A stretch of 64,000 nt of DNA, taken from the IMG/VR virus record IMGVR_UViG_3300034073_004910, positions 30,403 through 94,402 of that record. One strand, 5' to 3'. The notes beneath the pieces were generated by a model. The model was not told the DNA's origin. It made no database searches and saw only the letters and a program-made list of their open reading frames with translations. Source of the stretch: a virus. Position numbers and translations under genes: made by a program. Numbering within the stretch: the first letter of the stretch is position 1; every line of letters begins with the position of its first letter. Positions 17,028 through 26,204 of the stretch are shown in pieces.

Positions 17028-17160
17028 GAAACTTCTAGATTTGAGAAAGTATGAGTACTGGGAAAAGCAAAGTGTTCGAAAGCGACGGCGACTTAACTCC
17101 GCCAAACGACGGGAATATTTACGCCAGCGAAACAGTGAGAGTAACGATACGAAGTATTGA
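16966..17160 (+). CDS. rpsU: Ribosomal protein bS21
   Basis: V.NLDRAMKKFKR...LRKYEYWEK.SVRKRR. Confidence 0.85.
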   Translation: MIIQVKNLDRAMKKFKRLSNEKLLDLRKYEYWEKQSVRKRRRLNSAKRREYLRQRNSESNDTKY

Positions 17161-17332
17161 AAGCTCTAACTGGGAGCGCCGACCTACCGAAACCAAGATC
17201 GTTCATGTACTTAGCGGTACACTTACTTTAAATGGAAAACCGGTACATTCAACTGCAACAATTTTGCCAGGTACTTGGCACAGGTTTGCAGGCCCCGCTG
17301 AAATATTAGAAGTAGTTCACTACTCTAAGTGA
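17051..17332 (+). CDS. Small cupin-like protein
   Basis: E..VHVLSGTL...I.PGTWHRF. Confidence 0.5.
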   Translation: MSTGKSKVFESDGDLTPPNDGNIYASETVRVTIRSIESSNWERRPTETKIVHVLSGTLTLNGKPVHSTATILPGTWHRFAGPAEILEVVHYSK

Positions 17333-17333
17333 G

Positions 17334-17365
17334 AAAAATAGCGAGCTTAGTCTCGCTATTTTTTT
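17334..17365. terminator. Bidirectional intrinsic terminator
   Basis: AAAAATAGCGAG-cttagt-CTCGCTATTTTTTT. Confidence 0.8.
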
Positions 17366-17377
17366 ATTTAAAAAATT

Positions 17378-18115
17378 ATGCATAAATATGAAACTGTCTT
17401 TATTTCCGACCTGCATCTTGGCAGCAAAGGCTGCCAGGCGGAGAAACTGAACGAATTTCTAAAAATTGTAGAGTGTAAAAATCTTTTTCTAGTGGGCGAT
17501 ATACTTGACGGCTGGAAAGTTGCTCAAAATAAAATGCACTGGAAAAACTCTCATACGAGCGTAATTCGTCATATTCTTCGACTGGCAAAGAATGGTACGA
17601 AAGTTCATTATGTTGTGGGCAATCACGATGAGTTTCTTCGACCCCTGTTAAAGTATTCCATGACTTTTGGACGAATTGAAATTGCAAACTCTTTTACTCA
17701 CGTTGGGCTGAACGGTAAACGATATCTAGTAGTGCATGGAGATTTTTTCGACGGCATTACTCGATTGGCTCCGTGGCTAAGCTTTTTAGGTGATCGAGCT
17801 TATGGAATATTGCTTAGTATAAACTACCGATTTAACTGGATACGCCGTAAGTTTGGTTTTGGATACTGGAGTTTGAGTGCTTGGCTGAAGCATCGAGTGA
17901 AAAGAGCAATTGACTTTTTATTTGAGTTTGAAAACAATATTACTAGCTATGCGAACCGAAAAGGTTATCAAGGAGTAATTTGTGGCCACATTCATACTGC
18001 TAGTATTAAAATGATTAACGATATTGAATACATGAACGACGGAGACTGGGTAGAATCTTGTACTGCACTGGTCGAGACCGAAGAAGGAGAATGGAGAATA
18101 TTATGCTTGTCCTGA
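17378..18115 (+). CDS. plcP: PlcP-like phospholipase C (LpxH-like metallophosphoesterase)
   Basis: SDLHLG, GDILDGW, GNHDE, HGD.FD, WL..LGD.AY, YWSLS.W.K..VK.A, ICGHIH, N.GDWVESCTALVE; coupled to a GT4 gene. Confidence 0.8.
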   Translation: MHKYETVFISDLHLGSKGCQAEKLNEFLKIVECKNLFLVGDILDGWKVAQNKMHWKNSHTSVIRHILRLAKNGTKVHYVVGNHDEFLRPLLKYSMTFGRIEIANSFTHVGLNGKRYLVVHGDFFDGITRLAPWLSFLGDRAYGILLSINYRFNWIRRKFGFGYWSLSAWLKHRVKRAIDFLFEFENNITSYANRKGYQGVICGHIHTASIKMINDIEYMNDGDWVESCTALVETEEGEWRILCLS

Positions 18116-19053
18116 TTACTGACGCCTGGCATCCGCAGGTAAATGGAGTTGTTACCACTTACACAAACATACTGAATCATTTGACAATTCCGTATGAAGT
18201 GATTTCACCTCAAAACTTTAAATCAATTTACAATCCTTTTTATCCAGAAATTCGACTGGCTTTACCTTTTGGATTGAAACAAAAATTACTTAGTTACGAA
18301 CCCAACACTTCATTTCACATTGCAACTGAAGGACCGCTCGGCTGGAGAGCTCGCAGCATATTGAACAAAGCGGGACGAAGATACAGTACAGCTTTTCATA
18401 CACGCTTTCCTGAGTACTGTAACGTACGCTTTGGAATTCCAGTAAGCTGGGGATATAAATTTATAAATAAATTTCATTCCACTTCCAGTCGAGTATTTGT
18501 ACCGTCAAATGAAATTGCAAAAGAGTTTTCGAACCGATCAACTGCTGTAATTTCTCGAGGCTACGATACGGAATATTTTTATGACGATAAGAAAATGGAA
18601 AGAAATAGCATACTGTATGTCGGACGACTGAGCAAAGAGAAAAACATAGAAGCCTTTTGTTCATTGCCGTATGACAATCTCGTAGTAGTTGGCGATGGCC
18701 CCGAGCGCAAAAGACTGGAGCGTAGATATAAAAATGTTCAGTTTGTGGGCTATAAGTTTGGACAAATTCTAGGCAATTATTATCGGCAAGCAAAAGTAAC
18801 AGTATTTCCCAGCAAAACGGATACATTTGGAATCACTTTACTGGAGGCAATGGCGTGCGGAAGCCCCGTGGCGAGTTATAACTGTAACAATACTAAAAAT
18901 ATAATTATAAATGAATTGAACGGCTATCGCAATGACAATCTACATTTTGCTGTCAAAAAGTGTTTGACGATGAACAACAAAAGTGTAGCGAAAAGCGTGA
19001 CGAAATATAACTGGCCTGAAGTGGCTCAAGAATTTCAGAAATGGCTGGTATAG
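18103..19053 (+). CDS. agt: GT4 glycosyltransferase, Agt-like diacylglycerol glycosyltransferase
   Basis: TDAWHPQVNGVV, YPEIRL, HIATEGPLG, HTRFPEY, FPSKTDTFG..LLEAMACG. Confidence 0.8.
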   Translation: MLVLITDAWHPQVNGVVTTYTNILNHLTIPYEVISPQNFKSIYNPFYPEIRLALPFGLKQKLLSYEPNTSFHIATEGPLGWRARSILNKAGRRYSTAFHTRFPEYCNVRFGIPVSWGYKFINKFHSTSSRVFVPSNEIAKEFSNRSTAVISRGYDTEYFYDDKKMERNSILYVGRLSKEKNIEAFCSLPYDNLVVVGDGPERKRLERRYKNVQFVGYKFGQILGNYYRQAKVTVFPSKTDTFGITLLEAMACGSPVASYNCNNTKNIIINELNGYRNDNLHFAVKKCLTMNNKSVAKSVTKYNWPEVAQEFQKWLV

Positions 19054-19120
19054 TTCGCACACAGTAAGATTTAATTAACCCCTACTCAAAAATAAAATAG
19101 TACTTTTTTAACTGAAAGAC

Positions 19121-19149
19121 TTGACTTCTTACAAAAGTCATGATATAAT
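19121..19149 (+). promoter_or_regulatory. sigma70 promoter TTGACT-N17-TATAAT with no downstream ORF
   Basis: hexamers and spacing. Confidence 0.75.
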
Positions 19150-19187
19150 AATAGCATATAATTTATTACAAGCGACATTAACAGTTT

Positions 19188-19317
19188 CGTGCTAGGGTCT
19201 GGGAACTAGTTTAATTGATTAGTAAGCTGCATGATCACCTCTCGGGAGCCTGAAGCGGGAGAGAGGACAGTGATGCTGTTTACAATCTAATGTTAGTTGT
19301 TTCCATACCCTAGCACG
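19188..19317 (+). ncRNA. Candidate rod-shaped ncRNA
   Basis: CGTGCTAGGGT.../...ACCCTAGCACG closes a ~130-nt bulged hairpin. Confidence 0.55.
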
Positions 19318-19610
19318 CGGTTTTTACATACCCTAAACGTGATTTCATTCTAAATATACGGTTTACATAATTGAATTTTACGGTTTGTATGGTTGAATGA
19401 ATTGAAATTGCGGTTTGTAAAAACTACAAAGTTCTAATCAATAATAAGTCGTAAAGTTTATTTGATTTATGTAATTACGTACAATATGAAGTCTAATTGC
19501 GTCAATTCGCGATTCTCGGGCGATACCGTTTATTGATTTTTGAATGAGCTGAGGAATTTAATAGCTAATAAGCTTATCTTAAATTTATAGGTAATTTTTA
19601 TTAATTGTCT

Positions 19611-19952
19611 CTAGCTTTGGGCCTTTATGCTTGCATGTTTCTCCAGTATTGCTTTTTCCAGCAGTTGAAGTTCCAGCTTAGGAGCTTTTTCTAGTCCTTG
19701 AATACGCTCTGGGTTGAGGTTCAACAACCCCGCCAGGCGTGCAATAATCTCCTTTTTGGTTTCTGGTAGCTCGCCTCGCTTATTGAGATACCGCGTCTTT
19801 TCATACACTCCTTCTCTTGCTAGCTTGCCGATGATGCTTTTTTCGCTCTTGGAATAGCGGTCCGCCAGCTCCTCAATAGCACGCCTCTTGTTCTCACTCG
19901 CCACATAAAACGATACGATCTCATTAGTAATTTCTAGGTTGTAATTGCTCAT
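19611..19952 (-). CDS. T5 A2-like DNA-binding protein (paralog 1)
   Basis: ELA..Y.KS.KSIIGKLAREGVY.K...K.G...KKE...GLEKA.K. Confidence 0.65.
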   Translation of the reverse strand: MSNYNLEITNEIVSFYVASENKRRAIEELADRYSKSEKSIIGKLAREGVYEKTRYLNKRGELPETKKEIIARLAGLLNLNPERIQGLEKAPKLELQLLEKAILEKHASIKAQS

Positions 19953-20167
19953 AAACTCAACTCCAATTGATAGGGTTCAGACAGCCGCACGTCGCAGTTT
20001 TTAATCATGGTTGAAAAAATACTGTCGTAGTTGTGAACTTCAACGGCCAGCTCGATGTTGTAGTGATCTATAATTTCTACAAGAGCTGCGATTTTAGTTT
20101 CACTTTCCGCTAATCGAGCCAGATAAGATTCTCTCGAAGTATTAGTGATAGGAAATTGTACGATCAT
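19949..20167 (-). CDS. Hypothetical protein
   Basis: GGAG RBS; coupled to the next gene. Confidence 0.6.
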   Translation of the reverse strand: MIVQFPITNTSRESYLARLAESETKIAALVEIIDHYNIELAVEVHNYDSIFSTMIKNCDVRLSEPYQLELSL

Positions 20168-20179
20168 ATTTACTCCAAT

Positions 20180-20213
20180 AAAAAACCCCGCAGAAGTTTC
20201 CCTCTGCGGGGTT
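20180..20213 (-). terminator. Intrinsic terminator
   Basis: AACCCCGCAGAG-ggaaac-TTCTGCGGGGTTTTTT. Confidence 0.85.
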
Positions 20214-20467
20214 GTATTCTGAGTAGCTCCCCGCTGCTCTCAGATTGAAAGTTTTACACTTTCTCCCGTACCTACGCTATTCATTCCAGAGTAGCGTCGC
20301 TATTTTATAGTAGCTTAGTAATTCGCTACTTGCAGCAATTCGGTCCTGAAAGGACCAAACCCCGCTGGGGTTTTAAATAGAGCTTAAATCTAACAATTTA
20401 AGATATTTTGCGCTGAAAGCGCACAACCCCGCTGAAGTTTGTGTTAACATGTAACTCAACTTCAGAA
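20180..20467 (-). ncRNA. Candidate multi-hairpin ncRNA between a consensus promoter (~20473-20501) and a terminator
   Basis: TTGACA-N17-TATAAT upstream, many hairpins, only a 25-codon ORF noted. Confidence 0.55.
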
Positions 20468-20671
20468 AATACATTATAGAGCACTTGAGCTAGAATGTCA
20501 ACAACTATTTTTCAATTGCTGCTAACTTCTGGGCTACTTGAACCGCCTCAATGTAAAGTGGATGCCCACGATGTTTAATCGCTTCGTTTCTTAGAAACCA
20601 GCGAGCATTGAGAGGAGTACCCTCTTGGCGGTTCTCAGGAACACCTAGCTTTTTCATTATGCTTGCAAAAG

Positions 20672-20926
20672 TCATGTTTCTGATCTCCGCTGTCGAAGAT
20701 CCTCAAGAGCTACGCGAAACATTTCTTTTTCCAGCGTCATGAGCGTGCTTTCGTAAATTACGGCTACGTCAGCTAACGCAGAAAAAAGTTCTGCATCAGT
20801 AAACTCGCCTTGAATTCCACAGTGCTCTTTCATCTCAGAAACTTCCAAAAGAGAGGCAACAACGCAGCCGTTACGATCTTCCCAAGATTGAAGTTCCCGC
20901 CATTTTTGTTTTGCTTTAATATTCAT
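20672..20926 (-). CDS. Hypothetical protein
   Basis: coupled ORF. Confidence 0.6.
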   Translation of the reverse strand: MNIKAKQKWRELQSWEDRNGCVVASLLEVSEMKEHCGIQGEFTDAELFSALADVAVIYESTLMTLEKEMFRVALEDLRQRRSET

Positions 20927-21141
20927 GCCTTAGGACTCCGCACCAAATAATAGGTATTGTTTTCGATGTAACAGCCGTAGTCGTGTTTTACACGAAGATA
21001 GAAAATTGCATTTTCTGTTCGTCCATGTACGAAAGCTACTGGACCTTTCCAGCATTCTTCAAAGAAGTCATTGCTTTCGCGTACAAAATGACAAATTCGT
21101 AGTTGAAGTAGAGCTGCTGCTCTGCTTTTCCACTCGTACAT
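20923..21141 (-). CDS. Hypothetical protein
   Basis: GGAG RBS. Confidence 0.55.
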   Translation of the reverse strand: MYEWKSRAAALLQLRICHFVRESNDFFEECWKGPVAFVHGRTENAIFYLRVKHDYGCYIENNTYYLVRSPKA

Positions 21142-21278
21142 TGTTGCACTCCTTGAAATACAAAAGTCGCCCCTCTCCCGCGCTTTTGTTGACTTTCCAC
21201 ACTTGTTGAAAGTCTTACCGCACTTCTATGCGAGATCAGCGTTGCGCTGCTCGTAAGAAGAGGAAGCTTTGCACTTCC

Positions 21279-21632
21279 TCAGACCTGACCAACTGCCGCA
21301 ACTTTAAGCTCTTCGAGCTTACGATACAAGCGAATCAGGTCAATTTTGCTTGCCTTGCCGAAGGATTCTACAGGAAAACCCAGAGTACCTTCGATCATGG
21401 AGACAAGCATTTCTTTGCGTACCGGGAGCTCCCCAGTCTTGGTGAGACGAGGCTGCTTCCGGTAAACACCTTCACGAGAAAGCTTAGCAATGATCGACTT
21501 TACAGGTCGATTCATTTCTTCTGCAAGCTCCTGAACCGTCTGAAGATTGGGTTCAGCCGAATAGCGCTCTACCATGTGAGCCACCATTTCGCTCGTGTAG
21601 TTCGTTGCTTCTTTCATTTGCTTTTCCCTCAT
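21279..21632 (-). CDS. T5 A2-like DNA-binding protein (paralog 2)
   Basis: NYT.E...ELAEEM.R.VKSIIAKLSREGVY.K...KASK. Confidence 0.65.
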   Translation of the reverse strand: MREKQMKEATNYTSEMVAHMVERYSAEPNLQTVQELAEEMNRPVKSIIAKLSREGVYRKQPRLTKTGELPVRKEMLVSMIEGTLGFPVESFGKASKIDLIRLYRKLEELKVAAVGQV

Positions 21633-21857
21633 TTCGAAAAACTATTATACAGGCAATCGAGGTGAAAAATCAAGTACTATTTTTTTAATCCTTGGAGCTG
21701 CTTGCTGAATAAAAATTGGTACTTGCTTTCCCGCCGAATTGAGAAACTATTATGCGCTCACCAAGCAGTAAAGTCAAGAGTCATTTTTCGATTGTAAACA
21801 AAATGTACAGACCAATGACAAGTGCTGCTAGCATTGCAAAATCCATAAGAAACTGCA

Positions 21858-22142
21858 TTAGGTACTCCCAGTTACAATTGCATTGTGAATGTCTAGAAAA
21901 CCTGCTTCTTGTGCAAGACCGTATGCAGAGCGATCAAAACCAAAAACATTATACAGCACATGCCGATAACTGCCTTGATCGACAATTTCACCCTGATGAA
22001 TACGTCGAATAACAGCACAAAACAATGCCAGTTGATCTTCTTTCGAAAAAGAATTCCAAAATTCTTCTTGCTTTTGAATTACAGCAGGCCGTCGAGCTTC
22101 GTAGCTTTGTTGAAGTGCATAAAAAAATTCAATGTTTTCCAT
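21858..22142 (-). CDS. Hypothetical protein
   Basis: coupled ORF. Confidence 0.65.
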   Translation of the reverse strand: MENIEFFYALQQSYEARRPAVIQKQEEFWNSFSKEDQLALFCAVIRRIHQGEIVDQGSYRHVLYNVFGFDRSAYGLAQEAGFLDIHNAIVTGST

Positions 22143-22498
22143 TAAATAAACTCCCGTCCTCGAAAACTATAGCCTTCTGCGTCGATCCAATCCTGCACAC
22201 TCATACCAACTTCATTGAGAGAAATATTTTTTATGCCGTCTTCAGAAACATAGTTTGGAGATTTATACGTTTCAACGTAGTTTACAAACCAGGAGTAAGT
22301 AACTCGATCTCCAAACTCATCATAAATTTGTTCGTTCTTAAGAAACTCTTTCCACTCCTGCCACGACTCTAGCTTTTCGTGAGTGTACCCACGAAAAATA
22401 AACGCATGACCAAATGCCGCAACACCGATATGATAAAGTTCATCAAATCGCTTGCAGCATTTACAGAAGTTGTTCCCTGTGTAATAATTAACTTTCAT
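22142..22498 (-). CDS. Hypothetical protein
   Basis: coupled ORF. Confidence 0.65.
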   Translation of the reverse strand: MKVNYYTGNNFCKCCKRFDELYHIGVAAFGHAFIFRGYTHEKLESWQEWKEFLKNEQIYDEFGDRVTYSWFVNYVETYKSPNYVSEDGIKNISLNEVGMSVQDWIDAEGYSFRGREFI

Positions 22499-22784
22499 TA
22501 TTCATTCCCTCTGCAAACGCTTCATAACCTTTTTGCGTCAATACAATCGTCTCATCGAAAGACTGTATCAATTCCTTTCGAACAAGAGAGCTGCAAACTC
22601 CTGAAAGAGCTCTTCCTTCCAGACCAGAAGGATATTTTGCATCATTGATACAATTCGTCCAGACTTCTGCATTTGCTTCTTCGTAGCAAGTAGGAATTCC
22701 GTAGTTCATGTGATTGAAACAATTCGTTGCAATCGCACGAAGAACTGCAAACTCTTTATTCGTTAGATTCATTTTCTTCGACAT
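22488..22784 (-). CDS. Hypothetical protein, possible winged helix
   Basis: LT.KE..VL...SSLVRKELI...LTQKG. Confidence 0.6.
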   Translation of the reverse strand: MSKKMNLTNKEFAVLRAIATNCFNHMNYGIPTCYEEANAEVWTNCINDAKYPSGLEGRALSGVCSSLVRKELIQSFDETIVLTQKGYEAFAEGMNNES

Positions 22785-23001
22785 TCCACATACGAATATA
22801 GTTTAGTGCAAATGCGACTTGATTAGCAGGATAACCACTATCCAACAGAAAAATTCTCAGATCTGGATCTTTTTGAGAATTCCAGATCTTAGGAAAACCA
22901 AATCTCCAGCCTTCTGGTGGGTCTATCCAAACTTTACCGTAATTATACATTTCAGTAATCCTCGTTATCTCGACCGGTCGTACCCCAGGAAACTGGACCA
23001 T
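22756..23001 (-). CDS. Hypothetical protein (IDPP.GW.FGFPK)
   Basis: motif recalled from phage small proteins. Confidence 0.6.
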   Translation of the reverse strand: MVQFPGVRPVEITRITEMYNYGKVWIDPPEGWRFGFPKIWNSQKDPDLRIFLLDSGYPANQVAFALNYIRMWNVEENESNE

Positions 23002-23278
23002 ATGCAGTCGACTTAATGCTGTTGTAGAGAATCACTCGCCATGCGTCGTAGTATGCTTGAGTCGAATTGTCAAACTCCTCCAAATCGTCTTCGGTAGGAG
23101 GGGGCAGTTCTTCAAAGGCTTCTTCTGCCATGATCACAGCTTGCTCATAACCATAATCTTCTGCATCTTCACGCGAACACGCCGAGATGACAAGCTCGTA
23201 GTCTTTGTTGTAGATTCCATAATTAACGAGGTACCTAGGCATGTATGCTCTCCATTTGTGATTGCAAGCTTTTTCCAA
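22952..23278 (-). CDS. Acidic hypothetical protein
   Basis: ORF downstream of a minus-strand promoter at ~23290-23318. Confidence 0.55.
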   Translation of the reverse strand: MEKACNHKWRAYMPRYLVNYGIYNKDYELVISACSREDAEDYGYEQAVIMAEEAFEELPPPTEDDLEEFDNSTQAYYDAWRVILYNSIKSTAYGPVSWGTTGRDNEDY

Positions 23279-23399
23279 ATTCGAAAAGTATTATAGGTTC
23301 ATTGGGTCGCAAAGTCAAGAGAGAAATTCGGTTTCCTAAGGATTCGATTGAGCAAAATTTTCGGGGCCCAGCAAATTTTGTCAACTACTTTTTTATAAT

Positions 23400-24130
23400 T
23401 TGGACAAAATTTTCCCCAAAATTGTATAAAACCGGATTAAATTCCTGCAATTCCACGGACCCCGCTCCGGGGGCCGGAAAAAATTGGGGTAATTTGTGCG
23501 GGGTCGGTGCAAGCCGAGTCGGGGTTTGTGCAAATTACTGCAAATTAGTGCACCCGCCCGGGCGGTTGTAAAAAGACTAGCAAAAGCAACTCGGTGGAGC
23601 AAATAAAAAATTTGACTTGACAAATAGGGGGTGCGAAAAGTATAATGGGCGCGCGCAAGTGCAGCGCAATTTGCATTGCTTTTGCACTTGGGCGCGGAAA
23701 ATATTGCATTGATTTTGCACTTGCTGGTCGGCGCGCGGGTTCAAGCGGGGTTGGAAAGCAAAACGGGGTTGCTGCAAATTTATTGATAATTAGTGCAAAT
23801 TGGTGCACCCGCCCGGGCACTCGTAAATTTAGTACTTGACATCGCTTTCGCACTTGGGCGCAGGCTCGCTGCAAATTTTTTTCTTCAAAAAAATTTTTTT
23901 AAGTGCAAAAAACTTGACTAAAGTACAAAAATGCAGCAAATTCAGCAGCATACGTAGATTTAGTACTTGCATCGCTTTTGCACTTGGGCGCAGGAGGCGC
24001 CGGGGGTTGAATGGGCAGGTAGCTTGCCGCCGGGGGGTTGAATGGGCAGGTGGGTTGACGAAATCGGGGGCAATGGCAGGTAGCTTGCGCAAACCCCGCC
24101 CGATGAGCAAGAAACTTGACGAACGCCCCC
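23400..24130. repeat. Non-coding repeat/palindrome block (TGCAAAT, GCACTTGGGCGC, AGTACTTG, GCAGGTAGCTTGC units)
   Basis: repeated motifs and no credible ORF. Confidence 0.75.
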
Positions 24131-24169
24131 AGGCGGCAAATGCGAATGAGAATCATTCGCATTTCCGGC

Positions 24170-24740
24170 GCAATGTTATAACATACCATTGAGCGAGTAA
24201 ATGAAGGGGCGCTCGTCGCGCCCCAGTCATCTATCGAGCGATCGCTTCGAGCAACCGTTCGAGTGACACCTTACTTGCCTTTTCCAGCCCATCCAGACTG
24301 TTAGCGGCCAGACTCAATGCCTGCTCAATTCGGTCTACCGTGACTTCCTTGGAAGCAACCGGCTTTCCATCCTTACGAACCCGTTCGAGTTTTTGGTAGG
24401 GAATTCCTTCCCGAATCGCTTTTGCGATGATGCTTTTGACTTTCGCATCAAACTGCTCTGCCAGCCCTTCTACCTTTTCAAGGTTGAGCGGGGCCGCATC
24501 GCGCATCGCGGTCAGAAGGGTCGGGTTAAACGTGCTAGCTTTCTCTGCCATTTTGGCTTCCTCTTTTGGCTCGCTGGCCTATCCAGCGAATGAGAGAATT
24601 ATACGCCCATCGAGCCGAAAAGGAAAGAACTCTTTTTCATATCGCTGGCCGTTTTCATGCGAAAAAATTCCTTGACAAGCGCAGCGCGCTTGTGATAAAA
24701 TCGGCGCGGCTATTGTCAAGTAAGTTGACAATTCGCCCCC
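24170..24740. repeat. ~570-bp duplicated cassette, copy 1 (copy 2 at ~28605-29170)
   Basis: near-identical downstream hairpin, gene and upstream promoter element. Confidence 0.9.
24231..24551 (-). CDS. T5 A2-like DNA-binding protein (paralog 3)
   Basis: LAEQF..KVKSIIAKA.REG..YQK...GLEKASK; GAGG RBS. Confidence 0.7.
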   Translation of the reverse strand: MAEKASTFNPTLLTAMRDAAPLNLEKVEGLAEQFDAKVKSIIAKAIREGIPYQKLERVRKDGKPVASKEVTVDRIEQALSLAANSLDGLEKASKVSLERLLEAIAR

Positions 24741-24922
24741 AGGCGCCAAATGCGAATGAGAATCAATCGCATTTGGCAAGCAAAAAATAAGGCGTTATAA
24801 CGCCTTATTTTAAATATGCATCCTCGTATGTATCAAATATAAACGCGCATTCTAGCAGAAGATTTATTATTAGCGGGTTTAGGCAAATTAGCCTAAACCC
24901 TTCTACCAGTTCCATCATATTA

Positions 24923-25594
24923 TTATGCCGCCTTTTGAACAATACGCCACGGATTAGGCGTTATTACATTGTAGGGAACCTTGCGCTTATGCTTGAAACA
25001 TTCTGCAAGAATTTCCGTTTCGATAATAGCGTCCGACAATGCAGTATGATCCTCGATAAAGTCATGATTACCGGAAATAAAACGATAGGCAAACTCTGCA
25101 CCAGTCTTAATATTACCCTTAGCAGAAACCCAACCGCTATTCTGAGCGAGTTTAATGTAAGACTTTTTGTTGAGTCTTACTTCGCAAGCAAAACGCCAGA
25201 TATCGAGTTCACGAATATCGGACGAAAACAGCGGAGCGGTATTATATTGTTCGCCCATGTTACGCAATACACGTTCATCGAATCCCAGATTATAAGCGGC
25301 TACAGTATCAATCTTATAATCAATCGCAAGATTGCGAATAGTATTAGATACCGTTTCCCATGATTCCATCTTAACAGTACCGTCGTTCAGCATGGGGGCG
25401 TAGTGCGTGAACATCTTGCGAGCGTAGAATGCGCCCATCATTCGTTCCGCATTCGTGAATACTTCGCGCACCAGTGCATTGTACTGGTGAACAATGTTAC
25501 CCTGACGATCAGTAATCGTAAGGCCAACGTCGTAAACGTGACCGTTCAGGTCGCACGTTTCGGTATCGAGAACCATAATCATTTGCTTTGCCAT
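24923..25594 (-). CDS. DEDDh 3'-5' exonuclease
   Basis: LDTET, AYNLGFD and DHTALSDA motifs; start MAKQM. Confidence 0.88.
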   Translation of the reverse strand: MAKQMIMVLDTETCDLNGHVYDVGLTITDRQGNIVHQYNALVREVFTNAERMMGAFYARKMFTHYAPMLNDGTVKMESWETVSNTIRNLAIDYKIDTVAAYNLGFDERVLRNMGEQYNTAPLFSSDIRELDIWRFACEVRLNKKSYIKLAQNSGWVSAKGNIKTGAEFAYRFISGNHDFIEDHTALSDAIIETEILAECFKHKRKVPYNVITPNPWRIVQKAA

Positions 25595-25650
25595 CTTCGC
25601 GAACCCTTGCTGTGAGTGAGAACCTACTATACTCAACGCCGAACCGGCTG

Positions 25651-26076
25651 TCAACGGTTTTCGTATCGAAAGACAAAAAATTCCTGCATCGCTCGGGCTT
25701 CCATTTCCCAAGGGGCGAGCCAATAGTCTAAATCCGTTTCGTTGGAATAAACCTTGCCTTTATATAAAACCTTATCGTTTGCAATATCTTGCAATTCTCC
25801 TTTTACCCATTGTTTAATATGCGTCATTTCATGCGCTACTAATTCCATTAGTCGCTGTTCTGACAACATAAGTTCTTCATTAATAATAATAAAGAACAAA
25901 TCGTCATCGCCCCTAAAACATGCAGCATCCGCAGCACCAGAAACAAAATTTTCTATGCAGTCTGCCGATATATCAACGCCAATGTTTTTTGGCAGCTTAT
26001 AAAAGCTTACGCAATCTTTTGCGATAGCTTTCGCAATAGTATTAAAGCGCTTAAAGCCCAAATCAACCTCGATCAT
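25651..26076 (-). CDS. HExxH zinc metallopeptidase-like protein
   Basis: VAHEMTHIKQW...PWEMEA. Confidence 0.75.
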   Translation of the reverse strand: MIEVDLGFKRFNTIAKAIAKDCVSFYKLPKNIGVDISADCIENFVSGAADAACFRGDDDLFFIIINEELMLSEQRLMELVAHEMTHIKQWVKGELQDIANDKVLYKGKVYSNETDLDYWLAPWEMEARAMQEFFVFRYENR

Positions 26077-26204
26077 TTTCGCGTTCCTTCACAACCAACA
26101 CAGATATTATAGTCTAACGGGGGCCAAAAGTAAACATGAGAATTTCGTTTAGAATCAATGACTTAGATCAACCCGACCTTCGAGTTTTTCAATTTCAGTC
26201 ATAC

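Noticed and set aside
17378-18115. Annotation as lipid A enzyme LpxH
   Set aside because: Same superfamily, but the WL..LGD.AY / YWS.S region and adjacent Agt-like gene fit PlcP better; not formally excluded without a tree.
23245-24192. Several 60-120-aa ORFs in the repeat block
   Set aside because: No RBS or protein-like features; they arise from non-coding repeats.
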